This document shows, one piece after another, positions 55,284-64,000 of a stretch of DNA of 64,000 nucleotides. The DNA is from Calditrichota bacterium (GTDB taxonomy: Bacteria > Calditrichota > Calditrichia > Calditrichales > Calditrichaceae): assembly GCA_024278755.1 (NCBI GenBank), contig JAJRSO010000061.1:114938-178937 (forward strand), written 5' to 3'. Every line of letters starts with the position of its first letter. Within the stretch, counting starts at the first letter, position 1. The notes below the pieces were generated by a model, which made no database searches, had not been told where the DNA came from, and saw only the letters and a program-made list of their open reading frames with translations. The translations under genes were made by a program, and so were the position numbers.

Positions 55284-56291
55284 ATGAAAATTGAACGAAG
55301 AGATTTTTTTAAGATTCTCTCGGTCGGGGCGCTGACTGCCGCCGGAAGCAAACCGGCACAGGCCAGAGAATGGCAGTTTACGGGTCGTCCGCCCAAAGCG
55401 CCGGCCCTGCTGTACGATTCTACCTTATGCATCGGCTGTAAAGCCTGCGAAGTGGGCTGCAAAAAAGCCAATGGACTGGAGCCGGACCATTCGGCCCTGG
55501 AAAAGACCTATGGAGTTGGTCATGTTTGGGATAGCGCGGACGATCTCGATACCAATTCCTGGCTGAAAATCAAACTGTATAAAGACGGCGATGCTTCGGA
55601 AAAAGACCGTGAAACAGACGGATTTGCCTTTATGCGTTCCGCCTGTATGCACTGCGTGGAACCGGATTGCCAGTCCGTTTGTCCCACATCGGCCTTACTA
55701 AAAGATCCCGAGACCGGAATTGTCTCCTGGGATATTGACGCCTGCTGCGGTTGTCGTTATTGCCAGGTGGCCTGTCCTTTTGCCATTCCCAAATTCGAAT
55801 ATGAAGAAGCCTTTCCTAAAATTCAAAAATGCTTTATGTGCGAACACCGTCTGGCGGAAGGGAAGATTACCGGCTGTGCCGAGGCCTGTCCCACCGGCGC
55901 AACCCTGTTTGGCGAATACGAAGAAATCCTTGCCGAAGCGAAACGACGCCTGGCGGTTAAAGAAGGCGATACGTACGACTATCCGGTGCATACACTGGAA
56001 TCGGGAATGACCAAACCGCGTCCTGCCGCCCAATATATAAATCATGTGTATGGTGAGAAGGACGGCGGCGGCACGCAGTACATTGTCCTTTCGGCGGTTC
56101 CTTTTTCTAAACTGGGTTTACCCAAACTACCCGAACATTCTTCCTCTTCAAAGTCGGAAGCGCTGCAGCACGGATTGTATCAGGGACTTATTGCTCCCAT
56201 CGTTTTGTTTGGCGGTTTAGCGGCGGTTGCTTTTCGTAATGTACGACAGGAAGAAAAAGAAGAACAAAGGAGGGCCCAAGATGAAACTTAA
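55284..56291 (+). CDS. hybA: hydrogenase 4x[4Fe-4S] ferredoxin-type subunit (HybA-like)
   Basis: Likely start ATG 55284 after AGGAGGG; Tat signal ERRDFFKI; CIGCKACEVGC, CMHCVEPDCQSVC, CCGCRYCQVAC, CFMC...CAEACP; C-terminal TM. Confidence 0.9.
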   Translation: MKIERRDFFKILSVGALTAAGSKPAQAREWQFTGRPPKAPALLYDSTLCIGCKACEVGCKKANGLEPDHSALEKTYGVGHVWDSADDLDTNSWLKIKLYKDGDASEKDRETDGFAFMRSACMHCVEPDCQSVCPTSALLKDPETGIVSWDIDACCGCRYCQVACPFAIPKFEYEEAFPKIQKCFMCEHRLAEGKITGCAEACPTGATLFGEYEEILAEAKRRLAVKEGDTYDYPVHTLESGMTKPRPAAQYINHVYGEKDGGGTQYIVLSAVPFSKLGLPKLPEHSSSSKSEALQHGLYQGLIAPIVLFGGLAAVAFRNVRQEEKEEQRRAQDET

Positions 56292-57414
56292 ACCACTTGG
56301 CGGAGAAATCTGGACAAAACCCTTTAAAGTGTTACTTCTGATTGCTGCTCTTGCAGGGGTTTTTATAATCCGGCGTTTTATTTTCGGATTGGGTGCCGTT
56401 ACAAATCTGAATGACGGGTACCCGTGGGGTATGTGGATCGTCTATGATGTAGTTACCGGCACGGCCATTGCCTGCGGGGGCTACGCCATGGCTATTTTGG
56501 TCTATATCTTTAACCGCGGTAAATATCACCCGATGGTGCGCAGCGCTCTGCTGGCCAGTCTTTTCGGCTATACACTGGCAGGAGCCTCAATTTTACTGGA
56601 TGTGGGACGTTACTGGCAATTGCACAATGTTTTTATGCCCGGTTATTATAATCCCAATTCGGTGATGTTTGAAGTGGCTTCTTGTATCGCCCTTTATGTT
56701 CTTGTGATGTGGGTTGAATTTTCACCTGCTTTTGCAGAGCAGAAAAAAAAGGAAAAAGTACATAATTTTTTAAATAAAATAATGTTTATTTTTCTTGGGC
56801 TCGGTGTGTTACTGCCAACCATGCATCAGTCGTCGCTCGGTTCGCTGCTCATTGTTGCCGGTGAAAAATTGTCACCCTTATTTCAGACCATGTGGATTCC
56901 GTTACTCTTTCTGTTAACCGCTGTTTTAATGGGTTATTCGATGGTAATTCTCGAGTCCATTTTATCATCGGTTGGTTTTAAACGGCCCGTTGAAACCACC
57001 ATGCTTGGCCGGCTTTCTCGTTTAATTCCGTTTCTGCTGATTATTTTTCTGCTTATTCGTTTTGCGGATATAATCATTCGCGGCCAAATCGGATTAATAT
57101 TCCGTTTCAATCTGGCCGGTATAATGTTCATTATTGAAACCATTCTGTTTATGATTCCAATGGTGATTTTATTTTCCGAGAAAAACCGCGGCCGCAGTCA
57201 GATGTTGTTTATTTCGGCTGTGCTGATGATTTTGGCCGGCGCTTTATACCGTTTTGACGCCTTTATTGTGGTGTTCAATCCCGGACACGGCTATCATTAT
57301 TTTCCGGCTTTTCAGGAAATTATGATAACGCTGGGAATTATTGCGGTCGAGATTATGGGGTACCTTATTTTTGTTAAAAGGCTGCCTGTACTTCCCGAAG
57401 TAAAACACGCTTAA
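56281..57414 (+). CDS. hybB: NrfD/PsrC-type integral membrane quinone-interacting subunit (HybB-like)
   Basis: Likely start ATG 56281; about 10 TM helices; position between hybA and the large subunit as in E. coli hyb. Confidence 0.85.
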   Translation: MKLKPLGGEIWTKPFKVLLLIAALAGVFIIRRFIFGLGAVTNLNDGYPWGMWIVYDVVTGTAIACGGYAMAILVYIFNRGKYHPMVRSALLASLFGYTLAGASILLDVGRYWQLHNVFMPGYYNPNSVMFEVASCIALYVLVMWVEFSPAFAEQKKKEKVHNFLNKIMFIFLGLGVLLPTMHQSSLGSLLIVAGEKLSPLFQTMWIPLLFLLTAVLMGYSMVILESILSSVGFKRPVETTMLGRLSRLIPFLLIIFLLIRFADIIIRGQIGLIFRFNLAGIMFIIETILFMIPMVILFSEKNRGRSQMLFISAVLMILAGALYRFDAFIVVFNPGHGYHYFPAFQEIMITLGIIAVEIMGYLIFVKRLPVLPEVKHA

Positions 57415-57432
57415 AATTAGGAGGTAAAATAA

Positions 57433-59133
57433 ATGGCTCGAAGAATAACGGTTGATCCGGTAACCCGTATCGAAGGACATTTACGGATTGACTGCGAAGT
57501 GGAAAACGGAAAAATTAAAAACGCCTGGTCCTCCGGCCAGATGCTTCGCGGTATCGAGAATATTCTTAAAGGGCGCGATCCTCGTGACGCCTGGATTTAT
57601 ACACAACGTTTTTGCGGCGTTTGTACCACGGTACATGCTATCGCTTCTGTCCGTACGGTGGAAAACGCGCTAAACATGGAAGTTCCGCTGAATGCGCAGT
57701 ATATCCGAAATATGATTATTGCCGCACATGGCATTCACGATCACATGGTACATTTTTACCATCTGTCTGCGCTGGATTGGGTGGATGTGGTTTCGGCGTT
57801 GGGCGCCAGCGCTAAAAAGGCCTCGTCTCTGGCTCAAAGCCTCTCGCCCTGGCAGGCCAACGGCGTGCAGGAGTTTAAAGCGGTTCAGGATCGCCTGAAG
57901 GGTTTTGTGGGCACCGGCCAGTTGGGTATTTTTCAGAACGGTTACTGGGGCCATCCTGCCATGAAACTACCGCCGGAAGCAAACCTGATGGCCACCGCGC
58001 ATTATTTGCAGGCCTTCGAATATCAGCGTAAAGCCAACCAGATTACCACAATCTTGGGCAGCAAGACGCCGCATATTCAAAATCTGGCCGTCGGCGGTGT
58101 GGCCAATCCCATTAATCCGGACAGTCAGTCGGCTTTAAACTTTGAACGTCTCTATTATATTAAATCGCTTATTGATGAGCTTGGCAGTTTTATCAAAGAC
58201 GTCTATATGGTGGATGTGGCCGCGGTGGCTGCGTTCTACCCGGAATGGTTATCATACGGGCCGGGGGTTTTAAATTATCTGTCTGTTCCCGATTTTCCAG
58301 AGGATACAAAGGGAACAAAATTCGGAACGCCGGGCGGGTATATTCCTAACGGGGATATCGGTAAATTTATGCCCATTACCAGTTTTAAAGACGATCTGTT
58401 TAAGCAGAGCGTAAAGGAAAGCATCAAACATTCCTGGTACGAAGGCGACTGGTCACGGCATCCGTGGGAAGAAGATACCGAACCGCATTACACCGATTTT
58501 CAGGATAATGGAAAGTACTCCTGGGTGAAAGCGCCGACCTTTAAAAATAAACCGGCGCAGGTTGGCCCGCTTGCTAACGTACTGGGTATGTATGCCGCCG
58601 GTCATAAAGCGACGCAGAAATACGCCCATGCCGTACTGGATAAAGTGAATGCCATCGGTAAGCATAATGCCGGTCTGGAAGTGATGCATTCCACGCTGGG
58701 TCGTCATGCCGCCCGGGTAATCCGCTGTGCAGTGCTGTACGAAACATTGCAGCGCAATTACGATTTACTCATTAAGAATATCTCTTCGGGCGATATGGCC
58801 ACGTTCAATCCGCCCACATTCCCCAAAGGGGAACAGCGCGGATTCGGTTTCCATGAAGCGCCGCGCGGAACGCTTTCGCACTGGATTGTTATTAAAGACG
58901 GTAAAATTGATAATTACCAGGCGGTGGTACCGAGTACCTGGAATGCCGGTCCGCGTAACCAGGATGACGCTCTGGGACCCTACGAATCTTCATTGTTGGG
59001 AAATCCCGTTGCCAAAGAAAAGGAGCCATTGGAAATTTTAAGAACCATCCATTCCTTTGATCCCTGTATTGCCTGCGCGATTCATGTGCACGATAACGAA
59101 AAGAAAGATATTGCGCGGGTAACGGCCTGGTGA
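57433..59133 (+). CDS. hybC: [NiFe] hydrogenase large subunit
   Basis: 566 aa; RIEGHLRI, L1 QRFCGVC, L2 DPCIACAIH followed by a short tail removed on maturation. Confidence 0.95.
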   Translation: MARRITVDPVTRIEGHLRIDCEVENGKIKNAWSSGQMLRGIENILKGRDPRDAWIYTQRFCGVCTTVHAIASVRTVENALNMEVPLNAQYIRNMIIAAHGIHDHMVHFYHLSALDWVDVVSALGASAKKASSLAQSLSPWQANGVQEFKAVQDRLKGFVGTGQLGIFQNGYWGHPAMKLPPEANLMATAHYLQAFEYQRKANQITTILGSKTPHIQNLAVGGVANPINPDSQSALNFERLYYIKSLIDELGSFIKDVYMVDVAAVAAFYPEWLSYGPGVLNYLSVPDFPEDTKGTKFGTPGGYIPNGDIGKFMPITSFKDDLFKQSVKESIKHSWYEGDWSRHPWEEDTEPHYTDFQDNGKYSWVKAPTFKNKPAQVGPLANVLGMYAAGHKATQKYAHAVLDKVNAIGKHNAGLEVMHSTLGRHAARVIRCAVLYETLQRNYDLLIKNISSGDMATFNPPTFPKGEQRGFGFHEAPRGTLSHWIVIKDGKIDNYQAVVPSTWNAGPRNQDDALGPYESSLLGNPVAKEKEPLEILRTIHSFDPCIACAIHVHDNEKKDIARVTAW

Positions 59134-59624
59134 TAGAAAAAACACAGATCACGGTTCTGGGTATCGGTAACCTGCTCATGCACGACGACGGCGCCGGAAT
59201 CCAGGCTGTTCAGAAACTGATGAAAAACTACCGCTTTGAACCGGAAATTCAGTTGATTGACGGAGGTACAATGGGCAGCGAATTGCTGCCCATTTTTGAA
59301 GAAGCGGATAAACTGATTATTGTGGACGCCGTCAATTTTAATGAGGAGCCGGGTTTTATCGGCACCATCGAAAACGATGCTATTTTATCCCGTTTAATGA
59401 CCAAACTCTCCATGCATCATCTGGGCCTAACCGATGTGTTAAGCCAGGTGAAGCTATTGGATATCGAACCGTCCCAAATTTACCTCGTGGGCATCCAGCC
59501 GGAAGATTTGAATGAACTGACTATGGACCTTTCGGATGCGGTTGCCGACCGGATGGATCGAATGCTGGAAGTAGTTTTGATGAAATTAGAAGAGTGGGGC
59601 GTTTCGGCAGAACCGGTTTCCTGA
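59130..59624 (+). CDS. hybD: hydrogenase maturation endopeptidase (HybD/HyaD family)
   Basis: 164 aa; VLGIGNLLMHDDGAGIQ motif; 4-nt overlap with large subunit. Confidence 0.9.
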   Translation: MIEKTQITVLGIGNLLMHDDGAGIQAVQKLMKNYRFEPEIQLIDGGTMGSELLPIFEEADKLIIVDAVNFNEEPGFIGTIENDAILSRLMTKLSMHHLGLTDVLSQVKLLDIEPSQIYLVGIQPEDLNELTMDLSDAVADRMDRMLEVVLMKLEEWGVSAEPVS

Positions 59625-59631
59625 ACGGTTT

Positions 59632-61155
59632 TTATATTTCGCCCATAATCCGTTCGTAAGTGTCTTCTACTTCGTCACAGATTAGACGCACCGTCATGCT
59701 AATTTCGTTTTGAATTTGCGTATCGACTTTTTTTAATTCCGGAATATCAGATAAGTACTTTATGATATGTTGCCCAAATGTATCAACGGCGGTAGTCACT
59801 TCGTGCGCCTGAAAATCCTCTGCAAAGCGTTTCACCGCCAAATCGCGCGCATACTCCAGCGCATGCAGCCGGTCGCCCGTGCGAGAAGCTATTTTGATGA
59901 TACGGTAGAAAAACGACAAGCGTTTACTGATTTCATCGTTTGGGAACTCCTGATATTTTGCTAATGCAGTTTTACCGTTGCCAGGCGAAAATAAAATAAT
60001 CCCCTCTCTTGTAATCTCATTTTCATAAACTAACAGCATTTGATAAATTAACAAATTGGGATCCAGGGTTGCTTTTTGATGCAGGGATTGAAAATTAATC
60101 AATTCCCAGTGGTAAGGATCCGCTTTCATGTTTTCAAGTAAAAACAACAGGCGGCGCATGATATGATAGCGGGGAATGGGTTCCCACGATAAAACACGGC
60201 GGGAATGAGAAGCGTCCACATTCATTTGCGTATCGATGTATTTCATCATCCAGGGCCGTTCGAAAGAATGAAGTTTTAATAGTCGGCCGAAAAAATACTG
60301 GCTAAATACGCCGATGCGGGCCAGCCATTTGGCGATAAAAAACGGTTTAAGCAAGCGTCCGTGGGCGTAGTGAACGGCCAATTTATACAACTGGTGGTGT
60401 GATGTGCAACCGTCGGGACTGGCGATTAATATATGATAATCGGGCAGTGTGTCGGCCTGGCGGATGACAGCCGCTAAAAAGGAGTTTAAATTGCGCACGT
60501 GAATATAGGGAATGGCGCTGGTTCCTTTACCGGCCAAAATCCGGGATTTCCAGCCGTTAGACAGCCAGGTGCTTAAAAACATGTACAGCGGCCCGTATTC
60601 GCACCAGTCGCTAAAAACGGCCGCCAGCCGGATGACGGTACAGGGAAATGTTGCGGCGTATTCTTTGATCATGATTTCGCATTTGCGCTTGCTAACCGCA
60701 TACGGAAAATCGGCGTCCGCCGGACTCTCTTCCGTTAGAATATCGCGATGGGTTTTAAATTTGGAGATGGTCAGGGAACTGGCAAAAATAAAGCGCTTTA
60801 TATTGAGGCGGGCGGTGTTTTCAAGGATGATGCGAGTACCGTTTACATTGGTTCGTTCAAACTCCGGATGTTCCTTGTTTTCAAAATCATAGTACCCCGC
60901 CAGATGGATTAAAAAATCGGCTCCCCCGTTTTTTGCGATATGGCTGAATGCCTGCTCCACAAATTCTTTTTCGGCAATATCGATGCGCAGCCAGTGCACG
61001 TTTTTATGCTGTTCTACATTTACTTTCTTTTGCGAACGTCGGGCGATGGCATAAATATAGGCGTCGTCACGGAAGGCTTTAATCAGGTGACGGCCGATGA
61101 TACCGGACGCGCCGGTAAGAACAATGATAGGCAGTTTGGACGGTCTTGCGTGCAT
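59632..61155 (-). CDS. NAD-dependent epimerase/dehydratase (extended SDR) with about 170-aa C-terminal helical domain of unknown function
   Basis: 507 aa; Rossmann VLTGASGIIGRHL; YAVSK catalytic Y-x3-K. Confidence 0.8.
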   Translation of the reverse strand: MHARPSKLPIIVLTGASGIIGRHLIKAFRDDAYIYAIARRSQKKVNVEQHKNVHWLRIDIAEKEFVEQAFSHIAKNGGADFLIHLAGYYDFENKEHPEFERTNVNGTRIILENTARLNIKRFIFASSLTISKFKTHRDILTEESPADADFPYAVSKRKCEIMIKEYAATFPCTVIRLAAVFSDWCEYGPLYMFLSTWLSNGWKSRILAGKGTSAIPYIHVRNLNSFLAAVIRQADTLPDYHILIASPDGCTSHHQLYKLAVHYAHGRLLKPFFIAKWLARIGVFSQYFFGRLLKLHSFERPWMMKYIDTQMNVDASHSRRVLSWEPIPRYHIMRRLLFLLENMKADPYHWELINFQSLHQKATLDPNLLIYQMLLVYENEITREGIILFSPGNGKTALAKYQEFPNDEISKRLSFFYRIIKIASRTGDRLHALEYARDLAVKRFAEDFQAHEVTTAVDTFGQHIIKYLSDIPELKKVDTQIQNEISMTVRLICDEVEDTYERIMGEI

Positions 61156-61169
61156 GTTAATTTTCCTGC

Positions 61170-61562
61170 TCAGATACGGGTTCGGTATTCACGATAAAGG
61201 AGATAAAGAATGAGCGCCATTAGGCCGTCCGCCAAAGCCGAAAACAAAACCATCCATCCGGCGGTATAAAAAAAGTATATGGTAATTAAAAATGCGAAGG
61301 CAATGGTTTTGGCATAAATTGAGAACTGAACGAGCCCCGGAGAGCGTTCTGTCTGGTAGGCGGCCATCAGGTAAGCGGCGGCCATTACGACATGAAATAC
61401 ACCGGACTGTATCTGAAAGAAGCGGCCGCTGTATCCGTAAAACCCGAACAGAGGCAGGAGTTTTGTGGGTAAAAACATAAGTCCCAAGGCAACGCCAAAA
61501 GAATGGATTGACATGAGCCACAACATAAGGAACACCCGTTTCCGGGGATGAAGGTGTATCAT
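61170..61562 (-). CDS. small integral membrane protein (4 TM), hypothetical
   Basis: 130-aa hydrophobic ORF 14 nt upstream of the SDR gene. Confidence 0.6.
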   Translation of the reverse strand: MIHLHPRKRVFLMLWLMSIHSFGVALGLMFLPTKLLPLFGFYGYSGRFFQIQSGVFHVVMAAAYLMAAYQTERSPGLVQFSIYAKTIAFAFLITIYFFYTAGWMVLFSALADGLMALILYLLYREYRTRI

Positions 61563-61746
61563 TTTTCACTCGCAGCGCTTAACGGTTGTTCTGAAAGAGT
61601 GACTGGGTTAAGACGGTTCTTACCTTATCGACGGGTTTTTGCCGACCGCCAATAAAATAACAAGCCATAATGATCTTGTAAACAATAAAAAAAAATAGTT
61701 GTCTTAACCGAATACCGCTAAGATTGTTTTCCGGAAAGTTTTCTGT

Positions 61747-62928
61747 TTAGGCATAGGTGATGATTTTTATAATATCTTCGTCTCTTAACGGAATAATGCT
61801 TTTTGGTATGGCGCTTTCGATTTTGAAGAGGGGTTCATGCTTATATTTTAACAGATTGCATTTGTACGGCGAAACCCGCCCTCCTTTGACCGGATCGATT
61901 ATGACACGTATTTCAGGATATAAAATTTGTTCCGGATCAATTCGGATAACAATGCCGATTAATCCGTTAACCAATTTTACGAGTGTTCCAAAAGGATAGA
62001 TGCCAATGGATTTTATAAATATATTGACTAAGGTATTGTCAAATTTACGTTTGTTCTTAAAAAATATTTCCGAAAGCGCAATAGTTGGCAATAGTCCTTT
62101 TTTATACCCTTTATCCGATGTTGATGCGTCATAAACGTCAATAATGGAAACCATTTTACCATATAAGCTTATTTCATTATCTGTTAAAGCTTTCGGGTAT
62201 CCGCTGCCATTCAAACGTTCATGGTGTTCTTTTACCATTAAAAGGGTACTCTTTAAAACATCGGGCTGGTTTTGCAAAATACTAAATCCGTAGTCCACAT
62301 GTTTTCTTAAAATATCTGTTTGTTTTTGCGAAAGTTTACCCGGTAGGTTTAATATTTTTGAGGGGATATTAATCATACCAATATCATAAAGCATTGCGCC
62401 ATGGCCTAACTCGTATTGTTTTTTTACATCAAAACCGTATGTATGCGCAAAGGCGATCATTAAGACAGAACTGCTGACAGGATGTTCCAGCAGGTAGCGG
62501 TTTTTTTGTTTCATAACCGATAGCCCGCTCAATACAAATTTATTCTGCAAAATAGAATCCGCAACTTTTGCAACAACGTCTTCCGCTTCATTTAGAATAA
62601 GCTTTTTCCCATATTGAACATCTGTAATTATTTTATTAACGACATTGCGGGCTTCTTTTTGAATGGCTAAGGACTGTTTTAATTGCTGACCTAAATCGGC
62701 TTCTTGGTCAATTGCTTTTAGTAACGGAGGAGCTGCGGTTTCAGGCCTTTTGGTTCTAAGGGTATCAATAAATACATGGTTATAACCGCTTTTTTGTAAG
62801 AGTTGAATAAATGATTTATCGGCAAAACAAGCCTTTTTATCTGTGGAGAGAAAGCGGTTCCAGGTTCCGGCAACATCAACAACATACATCCCCGGATTTA
62901 GTTCTTCAATGTTTATGCGTTTAATCAT
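61747..62928 (-). CDS. HD-GYP domain cyclic-di-GMP phosphodiesterase
   Basis: 393 aa; LYDIGMI (HD) and HHERLNGSGYP (GYP) motifs. Confidence 0.9.
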   Translation of the reverse strand: MIKRINIEELNPGMYVVDVAGTWNRFLSTDKKACFADKSFIQLLQKSGYNHVFIDTLRTKRPETAAPPLLKAIDQEADLGQQLKQSLAIQKEARNVVNKIITDVQYGKKLILNEAEDVVAKVADSILQNKFVLSGLSVMKQKNRYLLEHPVSSSVLMIAFAHTYGFDVKKQYELGHGAMLYDIGMINIPSKILNLPGKLSQKQTDILRKHVDYGFSILQNQPDVLKSTLLMVKEHHERLNGSGYPKALTDNEISLYGKMVSIIDVYDASTSDKGYKKGLLPTIALSEIFFKNKRKFDNTLVNIFIKSIGIYPFGTLVKLVNGLIGIVIRIDPEQILYPEIRVIIDPVKGGRVSPYKCNLLKYKHEPLFKIESAIPKSIIPLRDEDIIKIITYA

Positions 62929-62960
62929 ATACTCTGCTTTTGTTTGGTAAAAAAGGAGGT

Positions 62961-63386
62961 TTAGGTTAAATCACTAGGATAATTTTTTAAATAGGGTTTC
63001 AGTTTTATATCCTCGTTCAGTACATGATCAATAAGCCAATGTCTTAAAAAATCTACCAAATCATTCGATTGTTTTTCCAATTCCTGTGCCGAATATTCGG
63101 ATTTTACCTTGTTCCTAAGTTCCATAAATTGTTCGAGGAGTCGTTTATGTTCCTGCTTATGTTCCTGAATTTCGGGGTATTTTATCTTAGTCTGTATTAT
63201 CTCTTCCCGCATAAAATGATCGTATGCATAGCTATAGAGCTGCGCCAATGATTCTACCAAAACCTCTTTGTCGTCAGGCGTTTGTAAGGCTAATTCAACA
63301 GTGTTAATGTAGCAGACTAAGTAGCGGTGGTCATGATCAATTGCATTGTTTCCCAAGTCCATAGATTTTCGCCAGATTAATGCCAT
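62961..63386 (-). CDS. bacteriohemerythrin
   Basis: Likely start ATG 63386 after GGGAGA (track ORF extends to 63428); W-x-x-SMDLGNNAIDHDH, HFMREE, HKQEHKRL, WLIDHVLNED iron-ligand motifs. Confidence 0.85.
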   Translation of the reverse strand: MALIWRKSMDLGNNAIDHDHRYLVCYINTVELALQTPDDKEVLVESLAQLYSYAYDHFMREEIIQTKIKYPEIQEHKQEHKRLLEQFMELRNKVKSEYSAQELEKQSNDLVDFLRHWLIDHVLNEDIKLKPYLKNYPSDLT

Positions 63387-64000
63387 TATTATCTCCCTGA
63401 ATAATAAATTGAGGATTATTATTGACAACTACATTTGGCTTAGAATGGATTAAAAAACACGTAAAGAAAAAGAAGCACAGGATGTATAATTAAAATATAC
63501 AAAAAATAAATTTAAAGTCAAATACCGACTGTCCGGAAAACGAGTCTTTGTTTTTCTGTGAACGGGAAACTATCATTTTTTTTAGCTCTTTGTGGAATGG
63601 TGTGGTAAAAACGCCCCTTATTATCACTACGCCGGAAGCGGACAGACCGAAAAACGCAAATTTAAAAAGATTACCGATGTTTTCGTATTCTTATAATTAT
63701 TTTTTATTGACTATAACGTTTTTAAATTACGACACAATTGTCTTGTATCTGCTTTTAAGCAGACATTGAAAGGTTTTAGTAAATACGTGTACCCACTATA
63801 AAATCTGCTAATTTCACGAATTAACGCGAATGTTTTTAACGGACATTAAAAAAATCGTACTCTCCGTAAATCCGTGTCCGTGTATATTCGCGGCAACTTT
63901 TTTTTAAAGTAATTTGCCCACACAAAACCGCATAGAACCTCTATCTTTTTAGATGGAATTAAACAAAAATTGTAACTTGCGGCTAATTACATAGTTTTTG

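Noticed and set aside
1-64000. Search for mobile elements, prophage, defence islands and CRISPR
   Set aside because: I recognised no integrase, transposase, recombinase, restriction/modification, toxin-antitoxin, nuclease-helicase or cas-like ORF on either strand. Only short non-autonomous repeats were seen.

Overview
64-kb chromosomal window from a Gram-negative bacterium with moderate GC. Two large secreted proteins end in the NFPNPFNP(S/T)T...-type C-terminal sorting domain used by type IX secretion, so an FCB-superphylum organism (Calditrichota/Ignavibacteriota/Bacteroidota-like) is my best guess; this is inference. Gene content in order: nrnA 3' end; a lipoprotein / helical-repeat / beta-barrel trio; a TPR-HTH protein plus a B12-binding radical SAM enzyme; rlmD (interrupted) plus a SpoU methyltransferase; two paralogous pseudo-receiver/PATAN (DUF4388) proteins; an Slt-type lytic transglycosylase; a tightly overlapped 6-gene minus-strand polysaccharide operon; argF; a tRNA locus (Gln-CTG, Arg-ACG, Glu-CTC) followed by tadA; an OmpR-type two-component system plus a tripartite RND efflux pump; two T9SS cargo proteins; rho; an M29 aminopeptidase; an acyl-CoA ligase; rhodanese plus a MauE/pseudo-nucleotidase/tetrahaem fusion; GPP34; MarR; a hybOABCD-like [NiFe] hydrogenase operon; an SDR; HD-GYP plus hemerythrin. 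I saw no transposase, integrase, CRISPR array, rRNA or recognisable defence genes. Most unusual observations: (1) the tRNA locus holds tandem 144-bp units, each encoding a compact tRNA-Glu-derived cloverleaf whose anticodon arm is replaced by one 17-nt hairpin, and the same hairpin sits in a tRNA-Gln scaffold nearby; (2) three genes in the first 13 kb are each interrupted by a single in-frame stop with no frameshift; (3) a GC-rich structured island with an SD-preceded 25-codon sORF lies in a 753-bp convergent intergenic region; (4) Rho lacks its N-terminal helix bundle; (5) a fusion of a membrane redox domain, a catalytically dead 5'-nucleotidase-like domain and a tetrahaem cytochrome lies upstream of the hydrogenase operon. 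All functional calls come from motif recognition by eye; no searches or folding programs were run.
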